Source: an uncultured Nitrospiraceae bacterium (lineage in GTDB: Bacteria; Nitrospirota; Thermodesulfovibrionia; Thermodesulfovibrionales; Dissulfurispiraceae). From it: DNA of 64,000 bases. Positions 29,790 through 39,386 of the stretch are shown here, one piece after another. The stretch's first letter is position 1, and every line of letters begins with the position of its first letter. The notes under the pieces are model-generated. The model saw nothing but the letters and a program-made list of their open reading frames with translations. It was not told where the DNA came from and searched no databases. The position numbers and the translations under genes were made by a program. The stretch lies in NCBI GenBank assembly GCA_963705105.1, contig CAVPIW010000005.1:64001-128000 (forward strand), written 5' to 3'.

Positions 29790-29920
29790 CATCAGCCAAA
29801 ATGAAAGTGATTTCACTTCCAGAAGAGAAGTGATTACAGAGGCACAAGAAATAATCACTGTCAAAACGAATGTGATTTTCACCCTCTTTCTTAAACTTCT
29901 GACTTCCAAAAAGAAAGACT
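29790..29920. repeat. Four imperfect 21-bp iteron-like repeats
   Basis: Units at 29790, 29813, 29855 and 29900; consensus close to TCACTTCCAAAANGAAAGTGA. Confidence 0.5.
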
Positions 29921-29990
29921 TATCTATATTTAGCCAGACCATATATGTTTTTAGATCATGCATTTCTAAATCAGGTGGAGGTATCTGATC

Positions 29991-31618
29991 ATGCAAAAAC
30001 TGGGGTCGGTTGTCAATAGTGGACACGAAACCTCTCATGCTGCCTGTGCATTCATATGGTATGCTTTTTCAAAAGCAGCAGGTGAAAGATACCCAAGTCT
30101 TGCCTGCCGCCGCTGCCGATTGTAGAACACCTCGATATACTCGGTGATCTCCCGAATCGCCTCCTGCCTCGTCTTATACCGCCTGTGATGCACAAGTTCA
30201 CTTTTCAACACTCCCCAGAAACTCTCCATCGGCGCGTTGTCATAGCAGTTGCCCGTCCCGCTCATTGAGGCATTCATCTTCAAGTGTTTCAGCAGCTTCC
30301 TGTAGTCATGCGCACAATACTGACTGCCCCGGTCAGAGTGGTGTATCAGCTCTGCAGGAGGACGTTTCGCCCAGATCGCTCGTAACAACGATTCCCTGAC
30401 AAGGTTCTGTGTTATCCTCTCCCCCATCGCATACCCCACAATCTCTCCCGCAAAAAGGTCCTTATGCGCTGCAAGATATAGCCACCCTTCCTCCGTCGGG
30501 ATATACGTGATGTCGCTGACCCACACGCGGCCCGGTGCCGTCGCCTCAAAGTCTTGCTGTAGCAGATTGTCCGCCACAGGTAACGTATGCCGCGAGTCCG
30601 TTGTGACCTTGAACCGCCGCTTTTGTTTGCACCGTATCCCCAATTTCCTGCGTATCCTCTTGATTCGGCTCACTCCTGCTTTCACCCCGTGGGCTGCCAA
30701 ATCCTTCTGCAGACGCTCCGGACCATACGTCCCTCGTGTGCGCTCGTGTGCCGCCTGTATCTCGACCTCCAACCGCGCCTCCTCTTTGGCATGGGCGGAC
30801 GCGGGCCGACTGACCCAGGCAAAATAACCGCTCGCCGATACATCAAAAACACGGCTCATAAACGGGATCGGATACTCGAGTCGCAATTCATTCATCATCG
30901 CGTACCTGGCTGCGACTCCCTCGCAAAGTACGCGGCCGCTTTTTTTAACAGGTCCCGCTCCATCCTCGTCTCTATAAGCTCTTTCTTGACTCTTGCCAGT
31001 TCCATCTCTATCTCGGTGAGGGGCCGATAGTTCTTGCCGATGTCCTTGAGTTTGCCGGCCTTATACGCCTTGACCCAGTTGCCCAACGTAGATGGCGGCA
31101 ACGACAACCGATGGGCCACTTCAGGTAATGACATGCCTGTCTCCACAATCATCTTCACTGCTTCCTCTCGAAATTCCTTCGTGTACCGTCCTTGCGGAAT
31201 CCCTTTCATTCTGACACCTCCGTCTTTCTTAGTTTACCGACTTTGGTGTCCACTTTTTCCATCCTACCTCAAACCTACTCCATTAAAAGCAATCCGTTCA
31301 AGGTGTGTTGCCTGTTCGGGGTTTGAGTTGAAGAGAGTAAGAGAGTGTCCTTTTGACGGCATAGAAGAAAAATTCTGCCCGCTCTACCCTCTCAGAATGG
31401 GTAAGGGGTGCAGAGCAACCCTGAAACAAATCAGGGCCTATTGTCTCTGGTGTTGCCTGGATCAGAAGCATGAGGTGAGATTATGCCCTGCTGTATCGTG
31501 TCCATTACGGGAATACAGGTTTGGCAATCGTCCCAAGAAATGCGTTCCATCGCCCGAAATCTCGACGACAGACGGCATTTCAGAGGAGAACGCACCGACT
31601 TTGATAGATAGATCATGA
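29991..31618 (+). pseudogene. Cys-rich (duplicated CxxC...CPL) protein interrupted by IS3
   Basis: Removing the IS and one AAC restores MQKPTPLKAIRSRCVACSG...CPLY..IRAYCLWCC..CPL; GGAGG RBS. Confidence 0.8.
30001..31271 (-). mobile_element. IS3-family element, full copy (orfB 30035-30898, orfA 30895-31209)
   Basis: 1271 bp; 3-bp target duplication AAC; at least one difference from copy 1 near the right end (GGACACG vs GGACACC). Confidence 0.95.
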
Positions 31619-31632
31619 CGGGAGGTGGATTA

Positions 31633-31911
31633 ATGAAAATAGGGGCCGTTCAGAAAAACTCACAGGAAGAAATAAGGGTCACAATCCAAAACTATCAGGG
31701 CACGGATATTATCGATCTGAGAACCTACTGGCAGAATGCGGAAGGCGATTTGATACCAACGAAGAAGGGGATTTCCTTGACCTACCACGTTGTTGAGGAT
31801 GTTATTAAGCTTCTGCAGAAGGCTTTCAAGAAGATGCCGGAACCCGCAGTCGTGACCGACGATGAAAACCTCTCGATGAATGACATTCTCGGAATGCTGA
31901 ACCGGCTGTGA
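31633..31911 (+). CDS. PC4/YdbC-like ssDNA-binding protein
   Basis: KNSQEEIRV..YQG..IDLRTY..PTKKGISL. Confidence 0.85.
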   Translation: MKIGAVQKNSQEEIRVTIQNYQGTDIIDLRTYWQNAEGDLIPTKKGISLTYHVVEDVIKLLQKAFKKMPEPAVVTDDENLSMNDILGMLNRL

Positions 31912-32283
31912 ATATTCTTATATTCTTTTTTGGACGCAGCCACGGTTACCGGTAATGGTGATGACTGAAATATACGGCATGGATATAACCATGAAATTCA
32001 TATACTTCCATCGTCAACTTCATCAAGCTGCAGTTGTTGAGCTGGTGATGCATACCCCCCTTTTATTTTTTCGCAACAGACAGGCGTATATATAGCTATA
32101 TATACGGGGTATTTTGTCCCCCCTGGGGGGCAATAGGGGGGGATAATAATATCAATGCCTTTTGTTATGAAAGTATCGGCAGGCAAAATAGTTAAAATTT
32201 GCGAAGGTCAAGTCCAATGGTAGGGGGTGGCGGGGGTGGTAATCTCATGGTAATCACGGTAACGTTCTTCTGCTAAAGGGATC

Positions 32284-32589
32284 ATGAAAACGACTCTTGA
32301 ATCGGAAGATATCCAGGCGATAGCGGCGGCTGTGATGGAAATGCTATCCCCCATACTTTCCGCTAATGGCAAGCAGGCCCAAAAGGATACCATCTTAACG
32401 CCTGAAACTCTCGCAGAATACTTACAGGTCGATACCTCATGGGTCTATAAGCAGGTGTCGTTGAAGACAATCCCCTATTTCAAGAGCGGGAAGTATACCA
32501 GATTCAGGAAAACCGCCGTAGACAAATGGATTGAGACACAGACTGTGAAGCCGATCCCCTTCTCAAAGACGGAAACACGCACAGGGTGA
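32284..32589 (+). CDS. Excisionase-like HTH protein
   Basis: LTPETLAEYLQV..WVYK..IPYFKSGKYTRFRK..VDKWI. Confidence 0.85.
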   Translation: MKTTLESEDIQAIAAAVMEMLSPILSANGKQAQKDTILTPETLAEYLQVDTSWVYKQVSLKTIPYFKSGKYTRFRKTAVDKWIETQTVKPIPFSKTETRTG

Positions 32590-32672
32590 GCACTTGATAG
32601 CACATCAAGGGAATAGTCTGCAAACCCATATAAAATCAAGGGAATCAAAAAGCTGTATAGTTAATCGTATAG

Positions 32673-32702
32673 TTGACAATCTCTAACTTAGTTAGATATA
32701 AT
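32673..32702 (+). promoter_or_regulatory. sigma70 promoter with internal operator
   Basis: TTGACA-N18-TATAAT with a TCTAAC-N3-GTTAGA inverted repeat in the spacer. Confidence 0.7.
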
Positions 32703-32708
32703 TTAACC

Positions 32709-32933
32709 ATGAAGAACTGGTCGCCTGAAGAGATTAACAACCTCAGAGGGAAATACAAACTCTCCCAACCCGCATTCGGCAATCTCTTAGGCGTATCGGG
32801 GAATTATATCTATCTCTTAGAAAAGGGGGTGAAGACACCGAGCAGGACTTTACGGCTGTTACTGAACTGTGTAGAAAGACAGCTCAACGAGAAAGAGAAA
32901 GGAGAAAAGAAACATGGCAAAAGGAATCTATAA
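32709..32933 (+). CDS. Xre/Cro-like HTH regulator
   Basis: LRGKYKLSQPAFGNLLGVSGNYIYLLEKG..P; overlaps the integrase start. Confidence 0.82.
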   Translation: MKNWSPEEINNLRGKYKLSQPAFGNLLGVSGNYIYLLEKGVKTPSRTLRLLLNCVERQLNEKEKGEKKHGKRNL

Positions 32934-33981
32934 GCGTGGCAATGTCTACTGGATTCGTTATGCCGGTCTTGACGGGAAGATGGTCTTTGAATCTTCCGGC
33001 TCTGAGAAATTCAGAGAGGCAGAGGCCCTGCTAATCAAGCGGAAGCAGAATATCAAAGAGGACAAACAGCCTGAGATCAAGAAGATTGCGAATCATACTT
33101 TCTATGAGCTTGCGGCTGAATATATCAAATGGGCGGAAAGACAGAAATGCTTCAACAGCAAGATCCATTTGATCAATCAGCTTGCTCGGGCTTTCGGCAG
33201 TTTTCCGCTCAGGCGATTCAACACAATGATGATTGAGCAATACCAGACAGAGCGGTTACAGAGAAATAAACCAGCGACTGTGAACAGGCTGTTTGCGACC
33301 ATCTCCCACATGTTCACGAAGGCGGTTGAATGGGACATGGTTGAAGAGGAAACCCTGAAACGTATCAGGAAGGTTAAGCTATTGCCGGAGAATAACAAGC
33401 GATTAAGGTATCTGTCGAAAGAACAGTGTCAGGCTTTGGTTGATGCCTGTGATCCTCATTTACGGCCCATCGTCATTACAGCCCTTAATACCGGATGCAG
33501 GAAAGGCGAAATCCTGTCTTTGGAATGGGAAAAACACATCGACTTAAGGCACGGATTTATTACTCTCGACAAGACCAAGAACGGTGACCGCCGCGAAATC
33601 CCCGTCAACGAGACAGTGAGGATCACATTACAGGGGATTACAAGGCGTCTGGACATACCCTTTGTGTTCTTCGATCCGTCCGCCGGGAAACGTTATCAGG
33701 ACGTTAAGAGGAGCTTTAAAACGGCCCTGAGAAGGGCAGGGATTAGGGATTTCAGGTTTCACGACCTGAGACACACCTTTGCAAGTCATTTGGTCATGGC
33801 GGGCGTTGACCTTGCGACAGTGAAGGAACTTCTGGGCCATAAGGACATCAAAATGACCCTCCGGTATGCACATCTTGCACCGGCACACAAGCTGAAGGCC
33901 GTGGAGATTCTGGACAGAACCCTGACTGATAAGCCGACTGTACAAAAACTATACAGTCAGGCAGCAGGGGGAGAGTTTTAA
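32914..33981 (+). CDS. Tyrosine recombinase/integrase
   Basis: TGCRKGE, KTKNG, HDLRH and LLGH..MTLRY; next to the tRNA att site. Confidence 0.95.
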   Translation: MAKGIYKRGNVYWIRYAGLDGKMVFESSGSEKFREAEALLIKRKQNIKEDKQPEIKKIANHTFYELAAEYIKWAERQKCFNSKIHLINQLARAFGSFPLRRFNTMMIEQYQTERLQRNKPATVNRLFATISHMFTKAVEWDMVEEETLKRIRKVKLLPENNKRLRYLSKEQCQALVDACDPHLRPIVITALNTGCRKGEILSLEWEKHIDLRHGFITLDKTKNGDRREIPVNETVRITLQGITRRLDIPFVFFDPSAGKRYQDVKRSFKTALRRAGIRDFRFHDLRHTFASHLVMAGVDLATVKELLGHKDIKMTLRYAHLAPAHKLKAVEILDRTLTDKPTVQKLYSQAAGGEF

Positions 33982-34009
33982 TGGCAGGCAAGTGGTTGGT
34001 TTCTAAAAG

Positions 34010-34082
<73 letters not shown>

Positions 34083-34118
34083 GATAACAAAGTAAAGAAT
34101 ATCATCCGGCGCCTTTAG

Positions 34119-34565
34119 TTGTCAAGGACAGGGGGTTTTGCTATGATGATACATATGGGCACCAGAGTGGTCTGCGGGGGGACCTTCGATCACCTTCACC
34201 CCGGTCATGTCGACTTCCTCAAACAGGCGAAGTCCCTCGGCGACGAGCTCATCGTCATCGTCGCCCGTGATGCGACGGTGAAGAGGATAAAAGGGTTCTA
34301 TCCGACCGACGACGAGGATCGGAGAAAGGATAATGTCGAGAAGACGGGCATCCCCGATGCCGTCGTCCTCGGCAATCTCGACAGGGACATATTCCAGATC
34401 CTCGAGGAGCTCCGTCCCGACGTCATCGCCCTCGGCTACGATCAGCGCGTGTCCGAGGAGGAGGTCCGGCGGCGGCTTCCCCAATGCACGATTCATCGTC
34501 TCGCCTCGTTCCGGCCCGAGAAATATAAATCGTCCTTCTACCGCGGCAAGGCGGAGCTGCCGTAA
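34119..34565 (+). CDS. Cytidylyltransferase-family protein (RibL-like FAD synthase)
   Basis: GTFDHLHPGH, IVARD and PDVIALGYDQ; true start probably near 34155. Confidence 0.82.
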   Translation: MSRTGGFAMMIHMGTRVVCGGTFDHLHPGHVDFLKQAKSLGDELIVIVARDATVKRIKGFYPTDDEDRRKDNVEKTGIPDAVVLGNLDRDIFQILEELRPDVIALGYDQRVSEEEVRRRLPQCTIHRLASFRPEKYKSSFYRGKAELP

Positions 34566-34571
34566 AAGCCC

Positions 34572-34605
34572 AAAAAAAAGGCCCCGGAAAGAGGGGCCTT
34601 TTTTT
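34572..34605. terminator. Bidirectional intrinsic terminator
   Basis: A-run, GGCCCC..GGGGCC, T-run between convergent genes. Confidence 0.8.
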
Positions 34606-34618
34606 GTCAGAGAGCGTC

Positions 34619-34963
34619 TTAGAACTTGATCGGGTTCGCGAAGAGCAGGATCAGGACGACGACGAGGGCATAAATCGCGAGAGACTCGATCATGGCCAGA
34701 CCGATGATCAGGGTCGTCGTGATCTTACCGGATGCTCCGGGGTTCCGTGCGACACCCTCACAGGCCTTGCTCAGACCGATACCCTGTCCAATGCCGGTAC
34801 CGAACGCGCCGAGACCGATAGCGAGACCACAGGCGAGGACGAGCATTGCATAGTATCCAGCCTTGCCGGCTGATGCGCCAGCCTCCTCTGCTGCAAACAC
34901 GAAGGTTGCGCTGAACGCGAGGACGAGGACTGTTAATACGGTCAGTGAAAGCATTTTTCTCAC
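34619..34963 (-). CDS. atpE: F0 ATP synthase subunit c
   Basis: GIGQG, ARNP and IESLAIY; N-terminal signal-like extension. Confidence 0.95.
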   Translation of the reverse strand: MRKMLSLTVLTVLVLAFSATFVFAAEEAGASAGKAGYYAMLVLACGLAIGLGAFGTGIGQGIGLSKACEGVARNPGASGKITTTLIIGLAMIESLAIYALVVVLILLFANPIKF

Positions 34964-34993
34964 TTTTTCTTCCTCCTTTCTATGAAATATGGG

Positions 34994-35671
34994 TTAGTGC
35001 GCCTCCTCGACAGCACCGGCGAGGTATAAACACGACAACAGCACAAAGACGTAAGCCTGAATAACGCTTACGAGCACGCCGAGGCCGAGGATGGCGACCG
35101 GGATAATAGCCGGTGCCAGGATGGCAAGAATGAGAAGGATCATGTGTTTTGCGACCATGTTCCCGAAAAGCCGGACCGAGAGTGTGACAGGTCTCACGCA
35201 GTGACCGATGAGCTCGATGAAGAACATGAGAATCATGAGCGGGATGGCCGCGACCGACCTGATGGGACCGACAAAGTGATAGATATACTTTCCTCCATGG
35301 ACCTTGAAGCCGTAAAACTGGTAGACCAGGAAGACGGGCACTGCCATGGATGCGGTCATGTTGATGTTGCTCGTCGGCGAGTCGAATCCCGGAATGAGGC
35401 CGAAGAAGTTACAGAGACCGATATAGAGGCCCAGCGTGCCGAGAAGCGGGTAGAACGTTTCCCCCCAATGATGACCTATATTTGATTCGGAGAGGGTCAG
35501 GAAGAACTCGGCGATGGCCTCCATGACATTCTGGAGCCCCTTGGGGATGAGGGCAAGCTTGCTCTTGACGGCGAGGGCGACGCCCGTCAATATGCCCATC
35601 GCCAGCCAGGAATAGGAGACATAGGGCGGGACACTCGGTATCAATGTACCCAGGAGAGACGGTGATTCCAC
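34994..35671 (-). CDS. atpB: F0 ATP synthase subunit a
   Basis: RPVTLSVRLFGN and IQAYVF. Confidence 0.95.
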   Translation of the reverse strand: MESPSLLGTLIPSVPPYVSYSWLAMGILTGVALAVKSKLALIPKGLQNVMEAIAEFFLTLSESNIGHHWGETFYPLLGTLGLYIGLCNFFGLIPGFDSPTSNINMTASMAVPVFLVYQFYGFKVHGGKYIYHFVGPIRSVAAIPLMILMFFIELIGHCVRPVTLSVRLFGNMVAKHMILLILAILAPAIIPVAILGLGVLVSVIQAYVFVLLSCLYLAGAVEEAH

Positions 35672-35823
35672 GGCAATCCTCCTTTATAAAATAGAGACGT
35701 ATAAATCGGGTAAGGATGCAGCCCTGTCCGTTTTGGACACCAGTATCTTAATGAAAATGACTCCAAATGTCAAGGCGACGGGCTACTAAATTTTTTTATC
35801 GGTTCATAAGATAAAACTTATTA

Positions 35824-35961
35824 TTGACGATCTTGTAAAAAGTCGTCATACCCGCGAAGGCGGGTATCCGGAGTATAAATAACTACCTGAACGGACTGGA
35901 TTCCCGTCTGCACGGGAATGACGGATAAGCCCTTTACGGGACTTTTTACGAGGTTGTCATT
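35824..35961. repeat. Nested palindromic repeat (REP/MITE-like)
   Basis: Outer TGACGATCTTGTAAAAAGTC / GACTTTTTACGAGGTTGTCA around inner GTCATACCCGCGAAGGCGGGTATCC / GGATTCCCGTCTGCACGGGAATGAC. Confidence 0.75.
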
Positions 35962-36000
35962 ATTAACCCGGCAATTAAACAGATTAACTCCACTATGCTT

Positions 36001-36086
36001 TGTCATTCCGGCTCGTCCGGAATCTTTCCATATTTCAGAAGGATTGCCGACGCCCCCGCATCAAGTGCGGGGTTGCGGCAATGACA
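36001..36086. repeat. GTCATTCC-type palindromic repeat
   Basis: Reverse complement closely matches 62775-62857. Confidence 0.8.
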
Positions 36087-36127
36087 GCGGTACAGATATC
36101 CAGCTGCCGAGGTAATTACTTTAACCC

Positions 36128-37396
36128 TCAGCGCAGCGCCTTATCCGAGATGTCCTTACGGTAATGCATACCGTCGAAATGGATCTTTGCGATGGCCTCA
36201 TAGGCCTTCGCCTTGGCCGCCCTTGTGTCCGCGCCGAGAGCAGTGACGCCGAGGACCCTGCCCCCGTTCGTCACGATTGCATCGTCCCTGAATGATGTGC
36301 CTGCATGGAAGACAACGACATCCTTCATCGCTTTGACCTCATCGAGCCCGCTGATGACCTTGCCCTTTTCATAGGCGCCCGGATAGCCCTGGGATGCGAT
36401 CACGACGCAGACGGAGACGTCGTCATTCCATTCTATGCGCACGTCGGAAAGTTTTTCTTCGGCAATGGCCATGGCGATCTCGAGGAAATCCGATTTGAGT
36501 CTCGTCAGCACGGGCTGCGTCTCCGGGTCTCCGAGCCTGCAATTGAATTCGAGCACGTAGGGTTCACCCTTGTTGATCATGAGCCCGGCGTAGAGGATGC
36601 CCTTGTATTTGATGCCGTCCGCTTTCAACCCGTCCATGGTGGGTTTCAGGACCCGGGACATCACCTTTGCCGTGACCTCGTCGGTGAGAACCGGCGCGGG
36701 GCTGTATGCGCCCATGCCGCCCGTGTTCGGGCCTTCGTCATTGTCGAAGACGCGCTTGTGGTCCTGGGAGCTGACCATGGGAACAATCGTCTGTCCGTCG
36801 ACGAAAACCATGAATGACGCCTCCTCACCCTGGAGACACTCCTCGACGACGACCCTGTTGCCCGCATCGCCGAAGACCCGGTCTTTGATGATGAGCTTCA
36901 GTGCGTTGAGGGCCTCGTCGACGGTGGCGGCGACGAAGACCCCTTTCCCCGCCGCGAGACCTTCGGCCTTGACGACTATCGGCGCGCCCTTCATCCGTAT
37001 GTAGTCCTCCGCCTGGTTATAGGAGGAAAAAACTTTGTATTCCGCCGTCGGGATGCGGTGGCGCCTCAGAAAGTCTTTTGAAAAAACCTTGCTCGATTCG
37101 AGCTGGGCCGCTGCCCTCGTGGGTCCGACGATCTTCCTCCCCTCCCTCTCGAAGACGTCGACGATACCCCTTGAGAGCGGGTCCTCAGGACCGACGATAG
37201 TGAGATCGACCCACTCATATTTCACGAAATCAACAAGCGCGTCAAAATCGTCGGGGACGACCTCGATGCATTCAGCCAGATCGGCGATGCCGGCATTGCC
37301 CGGTGTGCAGTATATCTTGTCGACATATTTCGACTGTGACAGCTTCCAGACGATTGCGTGTTCCCTTCCCCCGCCTCCGATCACGAGCACTTTCAT
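36128..37396 (-). CDS. purD: Phosphoribosylamine-glycine ligase
   Basis: GGGGREHA, GLAAGKGV, GPNTGGMGAY and EFNCRLGDPE. Confidence 0.96.
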   Translation of the reverse strand: MKVLVIGGGGREHAIVWKLSQSKYVDKIYCTPGNAGIADLAECIEVVPDDFDALVDFVKYEWVDLTIVGPEDPLSRGIVDVFEREGRKIVGPTRAAAQLESSKVFSKDFLRRHRIPTAEYKVFSSYNQAEDYIRMKGAPIVVKAEGLAAGKGVFVAATVDEALNALKLIIKDRVFGDAGNRVVVEECLQGEEASFMVFVDGQTIVPMVSSQDHKRVFDNDEGPNTGGMGAYSPAPVLTDEVTAKVMSRVLKPTMDGLKADGIKYKGILYAGLMINKGEPYVLEFNCRLGDPETQPVLTRLKSDFLEIAMAIAEEKLSDVRIEWNDDVSVCVVIASQGYPGAYEKGKVISGLDEVKAMKDVVVFHAGTSFRDDAIVTNGGRVLGVTALGADTRAAKAKAYEAIAKIHFDGMHYRKDISDKALR

Positions 37397-38289
37397 GGTC
37401 CCTTCTCCTCTGTTCTTTTTACGAGCCAATACACGATTCCCAGCGCAAGAATGCCGGCAATGAGATAATAAATGACCTCGGGTTTTTCATGCTTCAGCAT
37501 GGCGATCATGGCCTCCCGGATCGTCGATACGAGGGCGACGCCGATGAAGACACTGATGAAAAACTTCCCTCCCTTGAGGTGCCTGATCTCGGTGTTCATG
37601 AGCTCTATGACGACCCAGAGCATGAGCAGCGAACCAAGAGAGGTGATGATGCCATATTCCATGCCGCCCGTGAAGAGCTTGTAGGAATCGAAAACGAAGA
37701 GCCCGACAACTCCCAGGGTCAGGCCGATGAGGCAGAGCACAAGGACGACGTTCATCATCTTCGAAAATATCTCGGCGAAATTGATAACGGCGTACTTCAC
37801 GCGGTAGGCGGGAGAGTAGCTCTTGAGCTCCTCTTCAATATACGAGGACATCATGATGTCGAGGTTGATGTCAAGGATCTTTCCCAGCGAAATGAGGCTC
37901 CGCGTCCGCTCCTCGGCGTCTTCGATATGGGTATTTACGATGTCGATGCAGACATTCCTGATAATGTTCATCGCCCTTGTCATGAAGTGGGAGTCGACGG
38001 CGACCCGCCTGTGGGCCTGACCGATCCTGATTATCCGCTCATGGTACAGGCTGGTGTAACTGCCGGAGAAGAGGTCCTGAAACCAGTTCTTCTGGAGGTT
38101 CAGGATATGGTTTCTCTTCGTCTCCTCGGGAAAGAACTGCGCCGCCTCGGGCGTCTGGATGATCCATCCGTGCAGGGCGTCGATCACCCTGTCGGTATGG
38201 TCCAGCAAGAGCTGTCCGAGCGAGACAAGGCGCTCCTCGTCGTCGGCCGTAAAACGGTAGTGTGCCTTGATTTCCTTGAATGATCTCAT
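37393..38289 (-). CDS. Protoglobin/globin-sensor domain fused to a PsiE-like membrane domain
   Basis: N-terminal FTADDEERL..WFQDLFSG..RIGQAHRRV..KILDINLDIM; C-terminal four hydrophobic helices with ELMNT and IRE. Confidence 0.78.
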   Translation of the reverse strand: MRSFKEIKAHYRFTADDEERLVSLGQLLLDHTDRVIDALHGWIIQTPEAAQFFPEETKRNHILNLQKNWFQDLFSGSYTSLYHERIIRIGQAHRRVAVDSHFMTRAMNIIRNVCIDIVNTHIEDAEERTRSLISLGKILDINLDIMMSSYIEEELKSYSPAYRVKYAVINFAEIFSKMMNVVLVLCLIGLTLGVVGLFVFDSYKLFTGGMEYGIITSLGSLLMLWVVIELMNTEIRHLKGGKFFISVFIGVALVSTIREAMIAMLKHEKPEVIYYLIAGILALGIVYWLVKRTEEKGP

Positions 38290-38322
38290 GGGGGACGAAG
38301 CGGCCGGTCAGACGGCCGGGTA

Positions 38323-38917
38323 TCAGCCCTCGACGATCTTCGTCAGGTATTCCGCAATGCGCGTATCATAGCGCGACGTGTGGCGGAAGACCTTCAGGGC
38401 CAGGCGGAGCTTCGTGTCCCTGCCGATGGCCCCTCCCGAGGCCTTCATCTCGGCGATGACGGCGCCGTAATCCGCCGGGTCGACGACAACGGCGACGTCC
38501 TGGTAGTTCTTGGCCGCCGCCCGGATCATCGTCGGTCCGCCGATGTCGATGTTTTCGATGGCGTCCTCGAGAGTGACGCCCGGCTTGGCCACCGTCTCCT
38601 CGAAGGGATAGAGATTGACGACCACCATGTCGATCGGCTCGATGCCGTGCTTCTTTACATCCTCATTGTCCTTTTGCGACGCCCCTGCGGAAAAGGATGC
38701 CGCCGTGGATCTTCGGATGGAGGGTTTTCACCCTGCCGTCGAGCATCTCCGGGAACCCCGTGTGGTCCGCCACCTCGCGCACCGGGATGCCTGCATCGCG
38801 AAGGGATTTCGCCGTCCCCCCCGTTGAGAGGATCTCCACGCCGAGCCCGGCCAGTTCCCTGGCGAAATCGACGACACCCGACTTATTCGAAACGCTGATG
38901 ACCGCTCTGCGCACCAT
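38323..38917 (-). CDS. Stand-alone IMP cyclohydrolase (PurH N-terminal domain), split by a frameshift
   Basis: STGGT and [15 protein letters not shown], then [24 protein letters not shown] in the next frame; extra base near GCAAAAGG at about 38672. Confidence 0.85.
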
Positions 38918-38977
38918 TCACTCTCCTCCTTCGCTGACCTGTCCCGGGAATCCACTCTCTGAGGGACATCCCCGGTC

Positions 38978-39142
38978 TTACGACTTCTTCGATGTGACGG
39001 CGAAAAAGCCCGTGTAGACAGGCTTGACCCTCGTGCTCTTGCACTTCCCGCACTTGATCTTCTTCGTCTCCTTCTCCTTGACACTCATCACGAGGGAAAA
39101 GGTCTCTCCACACTTGTCACACTTGTAATCATAGATCGGCAT
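38978..39142 (-). CDS. FmdB-family zinc-ribbon protein
   Basis: MPIYDYKCDKCG...CGKCKS...TSKKS; AAAGGAGGAGG RBS; not in the ORF track. Confidence 0.85.
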   Translation of the reverse strand: MPIYDYKCDKCGETFSLVMSVKEKETKKIKCGKCKSTRVKPVYTGFFAVTSKKS

Positions 39143-39167
39143 GGCCTCCTCCTTTCGGTCGTGTATA

Positions 39168-39361
39168 CCCTATCGTTGAATCCGTCCTCCGGGAAGGCGG
39201 GGTGTATGCGCCGAAAACCTTGATGCGGCGATACGGTAACCGTCACGGAAAACGACGTCAATCCGCATGGATACAAAAAAAGGACTTTTCCCGACACTCA
39301 CACTGTCACTGAGACTATTTTTCAGAATGCGTCGCCCCGCCCTTTCATGCAACTGCAAGGT
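39168..39361 (-). repeat. Dispersed inverted-repeat element, copy E5
   Basis: Minus strand ACCTTGCAGTTGCATGAAAGGGCGGGGCGACGC ... GGCGCATACACCCCGCCTTCC..TTCAACGATAGGG. Confidence 0.78.
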
Positions 39362-39386
39362 TTACCAGCTGACACGTTCAATTGTA

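Noticed and set aside
38663..38665. Selenocysteine readthrough at the TGA in the purH-like gene
   Set aside because: The continuation is in a different frame, so it is a frameshift rather than an in-frame stop.
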